A DNA stretch of 35,776 nt from Malacoraja senta (GCA_038087875.1 JAXLNO010000549.1:1-35776), one strand, 5' to 3'. Counted from the stretch's first letter, positions 21,040 through 33,378 are shown. Notes: generated by a model not told the origin, from the sequence alone. Program-made: numbers and translations.

Positions 21040-22177
21040 AATAGACAATAGACAATAGGTGCAGGAGTAGGCCATTCGGCCCTTCGAGCCAGCACAGCCA
21101 TTCAATGTGATCATGGCTGATCATCCCCAATCAGTACCCCGTTCCTGCCTTCTCCCCATATCCCCCGACTCCGCTTTCCTTAAGAGCTCTATCTGACTCT
21201 CACTTGAAAGCATCCAGAGAATTGGCCTCCACTACCTTCTGAGGCAGAGAATTCCACAGACTCACCACTCTCTGTGTGAAAAAGTGTTTCCTCGTCTCCA
21301 TTCGAAATGGCCTACCTCATATTCTTAAACTGTGGCCCCTGGTTCTGAACTTCCCCAACATCGGGAACATGTTTCCTGCCTCTAGCGTGTCCAATCCATT
21401 AATAATCTTATTTATTTCAATAAAATCCCCTCTCATCCTTCTAAATTCCAGAGTGGACAAGCCCAGCCGCTCCATTCACTCAGCATACGACAGACCCGCC
21501 ATCCCGGGAATTAACCTTGTAAACCTACGCTGCGCTCCCTCAATAGCAAGAATGTCCTTCCTCAAATTTGGAGACCAAAACTGCACACAATACTCCAGGT
21601 GTGGTCTCACTAGGGCCCTGTACAACTGCAGAAGGACCTCTTTGCTCCTATACTCAACTCCTCTTGTTATGAAGGCCAACATGCCATCAGCATGTCCTAC
21701 TTTGAAGAAGGGCCGATACCTTTCTTCAGACTGACCCCTCATCCTCCTGCGCTCCAAGGAGTAGAGTCCCAGCCTACTCGACCTCTCCCTATAGCTCAGG
21801 CCCTCGAGACCTGGCAACATCCACGTAAATCTTACCTGTATCGCCCATTCGGCCCTTTGAGCCAGCACCGCCATTCAATGTGATCATGGCTGATCATCCC
21901 CAATCAGTACTCCGTTCCTGCCTTCTCCCCATATCCCCTGACTCCGCTATCTTTAAGAGCCCTATCTAGCTCTCTCTTGAAAGTATCCAGAGAACCGGCC
22001 TCCACCGCCCTCTGAGGCAGAGAATTCCACAGACTCACAACTCTCTGTGAGAAAAAGTGTTTCCTCGTCTCCATTCTAAATGGCTTACTCCGTATTCTTA
22101 AACTGTGTGGCCCCTGGTTCTGGACTCCCCCAACATCGGGAACATGTTTCCTGCCTCTAGCGTGTCCAAGCCCTTGA
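21040..22177 (-). mobile_element. Two 5'-truncated CR1 copies (21040-21690; 21845-22177) separated by an older CR1 fragment
   Basis: [32 protein letters not shown]..; GTCTATT tail. Confidence 0.83.
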
Positions 22178-22599
22178 CGACGTCTTTCCTATAAAACCGT
22201 GCCCAGAACCGGACACAATGATCTAAATGTGGCCTCGTGCGGGCCCATCTCTCTCTCTCTGTCAGTGTCTTTCACCGGTCTCCAGGGGAGGGTGTTGGCC
22301 CGGCGGCTACCGTCAACAGGCCGCGGTTGACCTCTGACACCTGACCCCTGACCCTCGCACTAATCCAGGGGTAGACTTTCTGCCTCCGACCCCCGACCCC
22401 GATTACGGGTGCTGCCTGTGCGGAGTTAGTACGTTCTCCCCCTGCCTGACCTGCGTGGGTTTTCTCCGAGATCTCCGGCTTCCTCCAACAGCCCAAAGAC
22501 GGACAGGTTTGTAGGCGACTTGGCTTGGTATAAATGTAAATAGTCCCTGGTGATGCAGCACAGAACGCCACAGGAGATCCTTCATCCCTGCGGCTACAG

Positions 22600-23206
22600 A
22601 AACACAGAAACATAGAAACATAGAAAATAGGTGCAGGAGTAGGCCATTCGGCCCTTCGAGCCTGCACCGCCATTCAATATGATCATGGCTGATCATCCAA
22701 CTCAGTATCCTGTACCTGCGTTCTCTCCATACCCCCTGATCCCTTTAGCCACAAGGGCCACATCTAACTCCCTCTTAAATATAGCCAATGAACTGGCCTC
22801 AACTACCTTCTGTGGCAGAGAGTTCCACAGATTCACCACTCTTGTGTGAAAAAGAAATTCTCATCTCGGTCCTAAAAGACCCCTTGTTCTGGACTTCCCC
22901 AACATCGGGAACAATCTTCCTGCATCTAGCCTGTCCAACCCCTTAAGAATTTTGTACGTTTCTATAAGATCCCCCCTCAATCTTCTAAATTCTAGCGAGT
23001 ACAAGCCGAGTCTATCCAGTCTTTCTTCATATGAAAGTCCTGACATCCCAGGAATCAGTCTGGTGAACCTTCTCTGCACTCCCTCTATGGCAAGAATGTC
23101 CTTCCTCAGATTAGGAGACCAAAACTGTACGCAATACTCCAGGTGTGGTCTCACCAAGACCCTGTACAACTGCAGTAGAACCTCCCTGCTCCTTTTCTCA
23201 AATCCT
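22600..23206 (-). mobile_element. 5'-truncated CR1 (same subfamily as the long copy) with internal deletion
   Basis: [31 protein letters not shown]; about 30 bp missing near 22880. Confidence 0.86.
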
Positions 23207-23679
23207 ATCAAACTGTACAACTCCTCCCCCTTCTGTCGTGGGGTAGACTGACTCCCCCCGCCCCTCCCCAATCTTTCCTCAACTCCAACCATGGACTTTC
23301 CACTCGTCACTTTAATTTCATATTTCATGTATCTTATTGTGTTATTTCTGCCTGTTGGCAGACCAATTTCCCTCCTGGGACAAATAAAGTTCTGTTGCAT
23401 CGTATCATAAGGTATTAAGGTCATGAAGTCAGTGAGAGGAATAGAATTAGGCCATTCGGCCCATCAAGTCTACTCCGCCATTCAATCATGGCTGATCTAT
23501 CTCTCCCTCCTGACCCCATTCTCCTGCCTTCTCCCCATAACCCCTGACACCCGTACACTTGTAACATGTGAGAGAGAGTTAGATTTAGCTCTTGGGGCTA
23601 AATCTAACGAAATCGAGGGAAATGGGGAAAAAAAGCAGGAACGGGGGTACTAATTTTGGATAATCAGCCATGATCATAT

Positions 23680-23880
23680 TTAAGACAGGTGAGAAAAAAA
23701 AAATTCACCCCGAGAGTTGTGAATTTGTGGAATTCCCTGCCACAGAGGGCAGTGGAGGCCTAGTCACTGGATGGATTTAAGAGAGAGTTAGATAGAGTTC
23801 TGGGGGCTAGTGGAGTCAAGGGATATGGGGAGAAGACAGGCACGGGTTATTGATAGGGGATGATCAGCCGTGATCACAAT
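23680..23880 (+). mobile_element. CR1 3' fragment leading into the tandem array
   Basis: GAGAGTTGTGAATTTGTGGAATTCCCTGCCACAG..GGATATGGGGAGAAG. Confidence 0.8.
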
Positions 23881-24396
23881 GAATGGCGGTGCTGGCTCGA
23901 AGGGCCAAATGGCCTCCTGCACCTATTTTCTATGTTTCTATGAATGGTGGTGCTGGCTCGAAGGGCCGAATGGCCTCCTCCTGCATCTATTTTCTATGTT
24001 TCTTTGAATGCCGGTGCTGGCTCGAAGGGCCAAATGGCCTCCTGCACCTATTTTCTATGTTTCTATGAATGGTGGTGCTGGCTCGAAGGGCCGAATGGCC
24101 TCCTCCTGCATCTATTTTCTATGTTTCTATGTTTCTTTGAATGCCGGTGCTGGCTGGAAGGGCCAAACGGCCTCCTCCTGCACCTATTTTCTATGTTTCT
24201 ATGAATGGCGGTGCTGGCTCGAAGGGCCGAATGGCCTCCTCCTGCATCTATTTTCAATGTTTCTATGTTTCTATTGAATGGCGGTGCTTGGTCGAAGGGC
24301 CAAACGGCCTACTCCTGCACCTATTTTCTATGTTTCTATGAATGGCGGTGCTGGCTCGAAGGGCCAAACGGCCTCCTCCTGTACCTATTTTCTATC
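23881..24396 (+). repeat. Tandem array of 8 copies (~57-73 bp) of the CR1 3'-terminal stem-loop plus tail
   Basis: Unit GAATGGCGGTGCTGGCTCGAAGGGCCRAATGGCCTCCT(CCT)GCAYCTATTTTCTATGTTTCTAT at 23881, 23942, 24006, 24067, 24139, 24203, 24276, 24340. Confidence 0.92.
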
Positions 24397-24949
24397 TCGC
24401 CATGTTTCCATGTGTACAGGGTAGTGTCAGTGTGTGCAGGGATCGCTGGTCGGCGCAGGCTCGGTGGGCCGAAGGTCCCGTCTCTCTGCGCTAAACCGAA
24501 CTGAACTATCTTCACTGGCTGGAGAGAGGCTGTCGGTATCGGCGCTGTAGCCGTTCCTCATCTGTGCCGCAAGGGACTCGCCTTCCTTGAAGCAGCGTTG
24601 AACTTTTGAGCACATTCAAAAACCGAGCCGACCGCAAAAAAAAATATTCCTAGAACTATCTCAGGATGTTGGACAGGAGAGAGACAGCTTCTGTCACTTT
24701 TGTGGCCGGCCCCATTCTGACCTGTTGCACGCTGATTGAGTTACATTCTGTTTTAAAGAACTCAATTCCCTTATTTTTATCCTCAGTCTTGGCCATTGTG
24801 TTGTGTAATCGCTGTGTAATTGTCCCGTATCCACTGTTTATGTGTGCGATACAATGCAGGACATTGATACTCACGGACTGCTCCGCTCACAGGCCCAGCG
24901 AAAAACCCACGCGGGCTGCTCATCCGATTACCTGCCGCCATTGAAGCAT

Positions 24950-25498
24950 ATAACATAGAAACACAGAAAATAGGTGGAGGAGGAGGCCATTCGGCCCCTT
25001 CGAGCCAGCACCGCCATTCATTGTGATCATGGCTGATCGTCCCCTATCAATAACCCAGTGCCTGCCTTCTCCCCATATCCCTTGACTCCACTAGCCCCTA
25101 GAGCTCTATCTAACTCTCCCTTAAATCCTTATAAGATTGTTAAGGGTTTGGACACACTAGAGGCAGGAAACATGTTCCCGATGTTGGGGGAGTCCAGAAC
25201 CGGGGGCCAGAGTTTAAGAATAAGGAGTAAGCCATTTAGAACGGAGACGAGGAAACACTTTTTCTCACAGAGAGTGGTGAGTCTGTGGAATTCTCTGCCT
25301 CAGAGGGCGGTGGAGGCAGGTTCTCTGGATGCTTTCAAGAGAGAGCTAGATAGGGCTCTTAAAGATAGCAGAGTCAGGGGATATGGGGAGAAGGCAGGAA
25401 TGGGGTACTGATTGGGGATGATCAGCCATGATCACATTGAATGGCGGTGCTGGCTCGAAGGGCGGAATGGCCTACTCCTGCACCTATTGGTCTATTGT
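24950..25498. mobile_element. Two CR1 3' fragments joined 5'-to-5' (24950-25128 minus; 25129-25498 plus)
   Basis: Chimeric ORF 25058-25411 switches from antisense DRALGASG subfamily to sense YKIVKGLDTLEAG subfamily. Confidence 0.8.
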
Positions 25499-26399
25499 CA
25501 TTTAGGGGCCCTCCATGCACACAGGGAACAACGGCACATTCTGTGACCTCGCGTAGAGTAACTCAGCAGCATGGGGTAACTCACGCAGAAGGCAGACGCA
25601 AAACGCCGGCCTAACTCAGCTGGGACAGGCGGCAGCGTCTCTGGAGAGACGGAATGGGTGACATTCCGGGTCGAGACCCTTCTTCAGACTCCGGTTGTTG
25701 TCCGGTTTAAACCCAGCGTCTGCTGTTCCTTCCTGCAACATAGAGTCACACAGCGCGGAAACAGGCCCTTCGGCCCGACGGCCAACATGTCCCATCTACA
25801 CTAGTCCCACCTGCCTTCATTCGGCCGATATCCCTCCGAAACCTGTCCTATCCATGTGCCTGTCTAATTGCTTCTTAAATGTTGTGATAGTCCCAGCCTC
25901 AACTACCTCCTCCTGCAGTTCGTTCCATACACCTTTGTGCTCCATTCTGTCAACATATGACAGTCCCGCCATCCCGGGAATTAACCTTGTGAACCTACGG
26001 CGCAGTCCCTCAATAGCAAGAATGGGCCAAGCGCAGGCAGGTGGGACTAGTGTAGCTGGGACATGGGCAAGTTGGGCCGAAGGGGCCTGTTTCCACACTG
26101 TATCACTCTGTAGCTCTAGATCGTTAGTGCAGTGAGTTGGCAGAATATGTCAGAAGCTTGTGGATTCTGCATCTTTCACAAGGTGTGCATAATGTCAACG
26201 GTCAAACGCGATGTCAAGGAGGCGTTGCTTTTCATTGCCATTGTTATGAGATGAGGTATTAACCTGAAAGTTCAGTGCGGAAACAGTCCCTTCGGCCCTC
26301 CGAGTCCGCGCCGACCAGCGATCACCCCGTACACTAGCACGATCCTACCCACAACAGGGACAATTTACTATTTTACCGAAGGAAATAAAGCAGCTCGGA

Positions 26400-26968
26400 G
26401 ACGCAGCAACAGCTCCAGGCACCCGGGTTCGATCCCGACTACGGGTGCTGCCTGTACGGAGTTTGCACGTTCTCCCCGTGACCCGCGTGGGTTTTCCCCA
26501 GGATCTCCGGTTTCCTCCCGCACTCCAAAGACGTGCAGGTTTGTGGGTTAATTGGCTTGGTATAAGTGTAAATCGTCCCTAGTGTGTGTAGGGTGGCGAT
26601 AAGGCCCCTGTCCTGTCCCACTGTACGAAGTAATTCAAGAGTTCTCCCGAGTTCTCCCCGGATTCTAACTCGGAGAATGTACGTAGCGGGTACGCCGGAG
26701 CACGTGGATGTCTCGCAGCGGCTCGCAACGCTGACGGCAGGTACTCGGGAAACGCGGTCACTCGTGAAGTTTTTTCAACACTGTGAAAAATGTCCAAGAG
26801 TAAAAAAAAATGCTCGTGACGAACTTACCACGAGTTTGATTTTTTTTTTTAACTCGGGAGAACTCTTGGGTAAACTCGCATCGTGGGACAGGGGCGTTAG
26901 AGTGCGGGGATCGCTGGTCGGCGCGGACTCGGTGGGACGAAGGGCCTGTTTCCGCGCTGTATCTCTGA
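26400..26968 (+). mobile_element. HE1/V-SINE interrupted by a MITE
   Basis: B-box GGTTCGATCCC, V-domain; 3' part resumes at GAGTGCGGGGATCGCTGGTCGGCGCGG. Confidence 0.78.
26602..26897. mobile_element. PIF/Harbinger-type MITE with long subterminal inverted repeats
   Basis: GCCCCTGTC..CCAC..CAAGAGTTCTCCCGAGTT vs AACTCGGGAGAACTCTTG..GTGGGACAGGGGC. Confidence 0.72.
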
Positions 26969-27256
26969 ACCTCTTATCGAGTCCACACCACAAGATTTTG
27001 AAAGGGTTTCGGCCCGAAACGTTGCCTATTTCCTTCGCTCCATAGATGCTGCTGCACCTGCTGAGTTTCTCCAGCATTTTTGTGTACCCACAAGATTTTA
27101 AATTGTTCAGCCAGAGCTGAACGCACCTCTCGGCATCTGCGTACAATGGTGTCTGTCTTGTCCCGTCTCGCGCTTCTGGTGCGTGGTGGTGGAAAGATTG
27201 GCGGAAACAGGGCCGCGACGTGAACGCTCTTTCCTTGACCCCCCATCTCTAAAGTC

Positions 27257-27445
27257 AATTAAATCAATTAACCTACAAACCTGCATGCCTTTGGGATGAG
27301 GGAAGAAACCCAAACTCCGGCGGGAAAGCCACGCAGGTCACGGGGGGAGAACGTACAAACTCCGTACAGACAGCACCCGTAGTCGGGTTCAAACCTGGGT
27401 CTTCTGGCGCTGTGAGGCAGCAACTCTACCGCTGTGCCACCGTGT
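27257..27445 (-). mobile_element. HE1/V-SINE 5' part
   Basis: CTCTACCGCTGTGCCACCGTG head on minus strand. Confidence 0.75.
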
Positions 27446-27522
27446 CTCCCTGAGGAACTTTTCCAATGAATAGCTTTTGTTGCGTGCTAACCAGTCAGCG
27501 GAAAGACCAATACATGGTTACA

Positions 27523-27860
27523 TACATAGAAAATAGGTGCAGGAGGAGGCCATTCGGCCCTTCGAGCCTGCACCGCCATTCATTGTGATCATGGCTGATC
27601 GTCCCCAATCAATAACCCGTGCCTGCCTTCTCCCCATATCCCTTGACTCCACTAGCCCCTAGAGCTCTATCTAACTCTCTCTTAAATCCATCCAGTGACC
27701 TGGCCTCCACTGCCCTCTGTGGCAGGGAATTCCATAAATTCACAACTCTCTGGGTGAAAAAGTTTTTTTTCTCACCTCAGTCTTAAATGGCCCCCCCTTT
27801 ATTCTAAGACTGTGGCCCCTGGTTCTGGCCTCGCCCAACATTGGGAACATTTTTCCTGCA
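27523..27860 (-). mobile_element. 5'-truncated CR1 (DRALGASG subfamily)
   Basis: Near-identical to 19281-19682; duplicated TTGGGAACATTTTTCCTG at the 5' junction. Confidence 0.84.
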
Positions 27861-28283
27861 CGTTGGGAACATTTTTCCTGTTACAATCGAGCTGTCCGCT
27901 CTGTACAGATACATGATCAAGGGAATAAAGTTCAGTATTAGATACAGTCCAGTAGAGTCCTATTAAAGATAGTCTGATGGTCCCCAATGAGGCAGATGTT
28001 ACCTCTGGACCACTGGCTAGTTGCCCAAACGCGGGCAGGTAGGACACGAGCAAGTTGGGCCGAAGGGCCTCTTTCCGTGCTGTACGACTGCATGACACTC
28101 CTCATCCTCCCGCGCTGCAATCTCAGTTCCGTTTATTATCTCGTGTACCGAGGAACAGTGCAAAGCTTTTGTTGCGTGCTAACGTCTCGACCCGAAACGT
28201 CACCGTTCCTTCTCTCCAGAGATGCTGCCTGTCCCGCTGAGTTACTCCAGCGTTCTGCGTCTATGAGCGGAAAGACCATGCAC

Positions 28284-28813
28284 TAATTTGAGGAAGGACA
28301 TTCTTGTTATTGAGGGAGTGCAGCGTAGGTTTACAAGGTTAATTCCCGGGATGGCGGGACTGTCACATGCTGAGAGAGTGGAGCGGCTGGGCTTGTACAC
28401 TCTGGAATTTAGAAGGATGAGAGGGCATCTCATTGAAACATGTAAGATTGTTAAGGGCTTGGACACGCTAGACGCAGGAAACATGTTCCCCATGTTGGGG
28501 GAGTCCAGAACCAGGGGCCACAGTTTAAGAATAAGGGGTAAGCCATTTAGAACGGAGACGAGGAAACACTTTTTCTCACAGAGAGTGGTGAGTCTGTGGA
28601 ATTCTCTGCCTCAGAGGGCGGTGGAGGCCGGTTTCTCTGGTTGCTTCCAAGAGAGAGCTAGATAGGGCTTTTAAATATAGCGGAGTTAGGGGATATGGGG
28701 AGAAGGCAGGAACGGGGTACTGATTGTGGATGATCAGCCATGATCACATTGAATGGCGGTGCTGGCTCGAAGGGCCGAATGGCCTACTCCTGCACCTATT
28801 GTCTATTGTCTAT
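28284..28813 (+). mobile_element. 5'-truncated CR1 (GTCTATT-tail subfamily)
   Basis: RKDILVIEGVQRRFTRLIPG..; frameshift near 28632; GTCTATT tail. Confidence 0.87.
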
Positions 28814-29207
28814 TACAATCGAGCCATTCACAGGGTACAGGGACATGATGAGCGAATAACGTTTAGTACAAGGTAGAGCCAATAAAGTCCCATCAAAGAT
28901 AGCCACGGGTTCGAGTCCCAGCCTGCCCCAACCTCTCCCTGTAGCTCAGGTCATCGAGGCCTGGCAACATGATCGTAGATCTTCTCTGCCCTCTTGCCAG
29001 CTTGACAACATCGTTGAAAACATGCATTGTGGAGCATTGCCATAATCACCTTCCGATTAAACTGCTCCTGCATTAACGGAGTGCGGGGACTGGAAGGAAA
29101 CGTTGGGAGGCAAAGCTGATGGATATGTTTGTTCGCACGGGACCCCTTTAACCCCAGCATAGGATTGAGCGTGTAAAAGCCTGAACAAACCTGTAATTAG
29201 AAGGGTT

Positions 29208-29618
29208 AGAGAGAGAGAGCAAGAGAAAGAGCAAGAGGCTGAGAGGCGAGAGGGAGACAGAGGCGGGAGAGAGGGAACTAGAGAGAGAGAGAGAGGTAAA
29301 GAGAGAGAGAGAGAGAGAAACGGAGGTGAGAGATCGAGGGACAGAGAGCCGAAGGAAGGGCAGAGAGAGAGAGACAGGTGAGATAGAGAGACAGAGAAAC
29401 AGAGAGAGCGAGAGAGACAGTGAGAGCAAGAGAGGGAGAGAGAGAGAAAGAGACAGAGGGAGAGAGACAGAGAGGGAGAGTGTCTGAGGGAGAGAAAGAG
29501 AGAGAGAGACAGGCGAGAGATCGAGAGACACATGAGAGAAACAGAGAGAGAGAGCAGAGAGAGTGAAAGAGAAGGGAGAGAGAGACACAGAGCGAGAGTC
29601 TGAGGGTGAGAGAGTGAC

Positions 29619-29678
<60 letters not shown>

Positions 29679-29705
29679 ACAGAGCGAGAGTCTGAGGGTG
29701 AGAGT

Positions 29706-29761
<56 letters not shown>

Positions 29762-29819
29762 GAGAGACAGTGACAGAGAGAGAGAGAGAGAGACAGTGAC
29801 AGAGAGAGAGAGAGACAGT

Positions 29820-29853
<34 letters not shown>

Positions 29854-29858
29854 GAGAA

Positions 29859-29935
<77 letters not shown>

Positions 29936-29971
29936 CAGTGACAGAGACAGCGAGAGGGAGAGAGAGACAGA

Positions 29972-30019
<48 letters not shown>

Positions 30020-30116
30020 GAGAAAGGGAGAGAGTGACAGAGAGAGAGAGAGAGAGAGAGTGAGAGAAAAGGAGAGGGAGACAGAGAGAGAGAGAGAGAG
30101 GGAGAGCGAGCGAGAG
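29208..30116. repeat. (GA)n-rich polypurine microsatellite, ~0.9 kb
   Basis: Continuous GA repeats with recurring ACAGTGAC and ACACAGAGCGAGAGTCTGAGGGTG interruptions. Confidence 0.97.
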
Positions 30117-30609
30117 AAAAATCAGGAGCTTTTAAAGGACCGCTCAAAAAGGACTGTACTAAGTGCACTGCTGGAGATTGCTGAGGAGCTGGTGGCACAA
30201 AGGGAGAAGGATAGACTTACGCCGGGTCCTTCAGACAGGACAATGGGGTGATGCAGGCTTCTCCACAGCCCACCAGCTGAAGGTACAATGAGGCTGTAAC
30301 TGAGATCACAATCAGACACTTCACTCTATGATGGTCGCTGCACCAGTGTAAAGGTTGAGCGGTCACAATGGGGGAGCTGAGCTGAGCTGGAAAACCGTGC
30401 AATGAGACTCTCACAAATGATTAGGTCCCACACAGCACAACTGATAAGCCCCCCCCCCCCCCCCCCCCACTCCCAACAACACCAAACTATTTCCTCCACA
30501 TAAAAGGCAGGCAAATAAAGAAAAAGGGGAAAGCACAAGAAAACGATTTGAATTCTTCCAACAAAAGACATTCTTGAGACTTGAAGTAATGCTGTTGGAT
30601 CGGGACTTG

Positions 30610-30890
30610 TCCCACCCCCGGTCATTCCCTCTTCTCCCACCCCCCCACGCTCCCGTCCGGCAGAAGGTACAGAAGCTTGAAAGCCCGCACCACCGGACTG
30701 AGGAACAGCTTCTTCCCCGCTGTTATCAGGCTTCTGAACGATCGGCCTTTCCATAAGCTTGGGTACTGTCCGATTCACCTCTACCCCATTGCGGACATTG
30801 GACTTTGTCTGTGGAACTGATGCGCTACAATGCTGAGAACTATATTCTGCACTCTGTATCTTCCCCTTTGCTCTACCTATTGTACTTGCT
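30610..30890 (+). mobile_element. Rex1/Babar LINE 3' fragment
   Basis: HPGHSLFS..LPSGRRYRSLKARTTGLRNSFFPAVIRLLN and 3'UTR. Confidence 0.75.
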
Positions 30891-31014
30891 GGATGAGTTT
30901 GACAATAGACAATAGGTGCAGGAGCAGGCCATTCGGCCCTTCGAGCCAACACTTTGACCTCATTATTTGAGTTGACGATTATTTCTTTCTTTGGTTTGGA
31001 TAGTTTGGTTCAGT

Positions 31015-31680
31015 TCAGTTCAGTTTAGTTTATTGTCACGTGTACCGAGGTACAGTGAAAAGCTTCTGTAACGTGCTAACCAGTCAGCGGAAAGTCAGTA
31101 CATGATTACAATCTGTGGAATTCTCTGCCTCAGAGGGCGGTGGAGGCCGGTTCTCTGGATGCTTTCAAGAGAGAGCTAGATAGGGCTCTTAAAAATAGCG
31201 GAGTCAGGGGATATGGGGAGAAGGCAGGAACGGGGTACTGATTGGGGATGATCAGCCATGATCACATTGAATGGCGGTGCTGGCTCGAAGGCCGAATGGC
31301 CTACTCCTGCACCTATTGTCTATTGTCTATTGTCCACAATCGACCCATCCACTGTGTACGAATACTGGATACAGGGAATAACGTTTAATGCAAGATACAG
31401 TCCAGTAAAGTCGGATTAAAGATAGTCCAAAGATATTCAATGAGGCAGATGGGAGGTTGAGACTCTCTGGTTGAGGCTCTCTGGTTGTTGGTGGGATGAT
31501 TCAGTTCCCTGATAACAGCCGGGAAGAAACTGGCCCTGAATCTGGAGGTGTGCGTTTTCACACTTCTGTACCTCTTGCCCGATGGGAGAGGGGAGAAGAG
31601 GAAGTGGCCGGGGTGAGACTGGTCCTTGATGATGCTGCTGGCCTTTGCCGAGGCAGCGTGAGGTGGAGATGGAGGAGACC
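31015..31680 (-). mobile_element. Rex1/Babar LINE 3' fragment with nested CR1 (31113-31335, plus)
   Basis: Same sequence family as 7572-7790 plus 3'UTR and (AACTG/AACTA)n tail. Confidence 0.72.
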
Positions 31681-31779
31681 CTTGTACACAAGAAGGGCCG
31701 CGACCCGAAACGTCACCTATTTCCTTCGCTCCAGAGATGCTGCCTCACCCGCTGAGTTTCTCCAGCATTTTTGTCTACC

Positions 31780-32160
31780 AGGATGATGAGGGTGTGATCT
31801 TGTGGAGGTGTACAAAATCATGAGAGGAATAGATCGGGTAGACGCACAGAGTCTCTTGCCCAGAGTAGGGGAATCGAGGAGCAGAGAACAAAGGTTTAAG
31901 GTGAAGGGGGGAAAGATTTAATAGGAACCTGAAGGGTAACTTTTTCACACAGAGGGCGGTGGGTGTAAGGAACGAGCTGCCGGAGGAGGTAGTTGAGGCT
32001 GGGACTGTCGCAATGTTTGAGAAACATTTAGGCAGGTGCATGGATAGGACGGGTTTAGAGGGATATGGGCCAAACGCTGGCAGGTTGTATGTGTTATTGG
32101 GACATGTTGGTCGGTGTGGGCAAGTTGGGCCGAAGGGCCTGTTTGCATGCTCTATGACTG
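31780..32160 (+). mobile_element. Older CR1/HER1-like 3' fragment
   Basis: NELPEEVVEAGTVAMFEKHLGRCMDRTGLEGYGPNAG. Confidence 0.8.
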
Positions 32161-32645
32161 TGACTCAAACGTGGTGTGGTGGGACGGGTGTAGATGGGGC
32201 ATCTTGGTCGGTGTAGGCACGTTGGGCCGCAGGCTGTATTTCTGTGCTGTATGACTATCTATTGTCTCTATGCATTGTGAGTGGAGAAGGGTTCCGAGCC
32301 GAAACCTCACCCATTCCTTCTCTCCAGAGATGCTGCCTGTCCCACTGTGTTACTCCAGCGTTTGGTGTCTACCTCATAGGCTTTTGATGTCCCTCGGACT
32401 AATCCTTGACCGCACTCTGCTGGCTTTACCTTGCACTATTCTCCTATCATGCATCTATACACTGGAAGTGGCACGATAGAGATCCTGTATTGTCTTTCTG
32501 CTGAAGATAGACAGACACAAAATGCCGGAGTAACTCAGCGGGACAGGCAGCACCTCTGGAGAGAAGGAATGGGTGACGTTTCGCGTCGAGGCCCCTCTTC
32601 AGACTGAACACCCTTCTTTCCGGTGACTGGTTAGCTCACAACTAA

Positions 32646-33195
32646 AGGGCCTGTCCCACTTGGGCGTCATTTACTCGACAGGCCGGTAGTGACTGTCGCG
32701 CGACAGTCGCGCCAAAATTGTCTAGCAGTACGACAGTCGCGCACCGAGTGCCCTCGAGGGCACTGCTTCTTTTGGGAGCCATTTGCGATGTCGTTCATGC
32801 TTAGTCCGATCTCCGCGGCGAAGATTTTCCCTGTGAAAAAAATAGGCGCGCTTTCTACCCGGGTGGTCGCGTGGTGCGGCGCTCAAATGACGCGTAACTG
32901 GCACGGCGACGGCGTATGGGCGGCGCACGGTTACGGACGTTGACGCACGGTGACGCATAATAAATTGGCGTAGTCCATGTTCGTGCGTCACCGTGCGGAA
33001 CCACGCGTCACCACGCGCTACACGTACGTCAGCGTACACCATCAGTACGTCAGCGTGCGCCAGGGATACGTCACGCAGGTGGCGCACGAGGATTTTGAGC
33101 ATTCCAAAATCCTGGGCGCCGCGCCTTGCCGCACGTCACTGAATACCCCACCGCGCCTCACTACGTGCAAATGATGCCCAAGTGGGACAGGCCCT
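32646..33195. mobile_element. PIF/Harbinger-type MITE, 550 bp, CpG-rich
   Basis: TIR AGGGCCTGTCCCACTTGGGCGTCATTT / AAATGATGCCCAAGTGGGACAGGCCCT; TAA duplicated (32643-32645, 33196-33198); splits the host motif CAAC(T/A)AAAGCTTTTCACTGTACC. Confidence 0.88.
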
Positions 33196-33378
33196 TAAAG
33201 CTTTTCACTGTACCTCGGCACATGTGACAATAATCTAAAACGGAACTCACAACTGAACCGAACTCTTTGTGCCGCTGCAAGTAAGAATGTCATCGTTCCA
33301 TTGTCGGTACATTTGACGATGAAACGCTCTTGACTGCGACTCTTACTTCCAAAGATGTGACATCCAAAGATGCGTAAT

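Noticed and set aside
23881..24396. CRISPR-like regular repeats
   Set aside because: Units are contiguous with no unique spacers, derive from the CR1 3'UTR, and the context is eukaryotic with no cas genes
29057..30251. Long SL- and ER-repeat ORFs
   Set aside because: Translations of the GA/TC microsatellite
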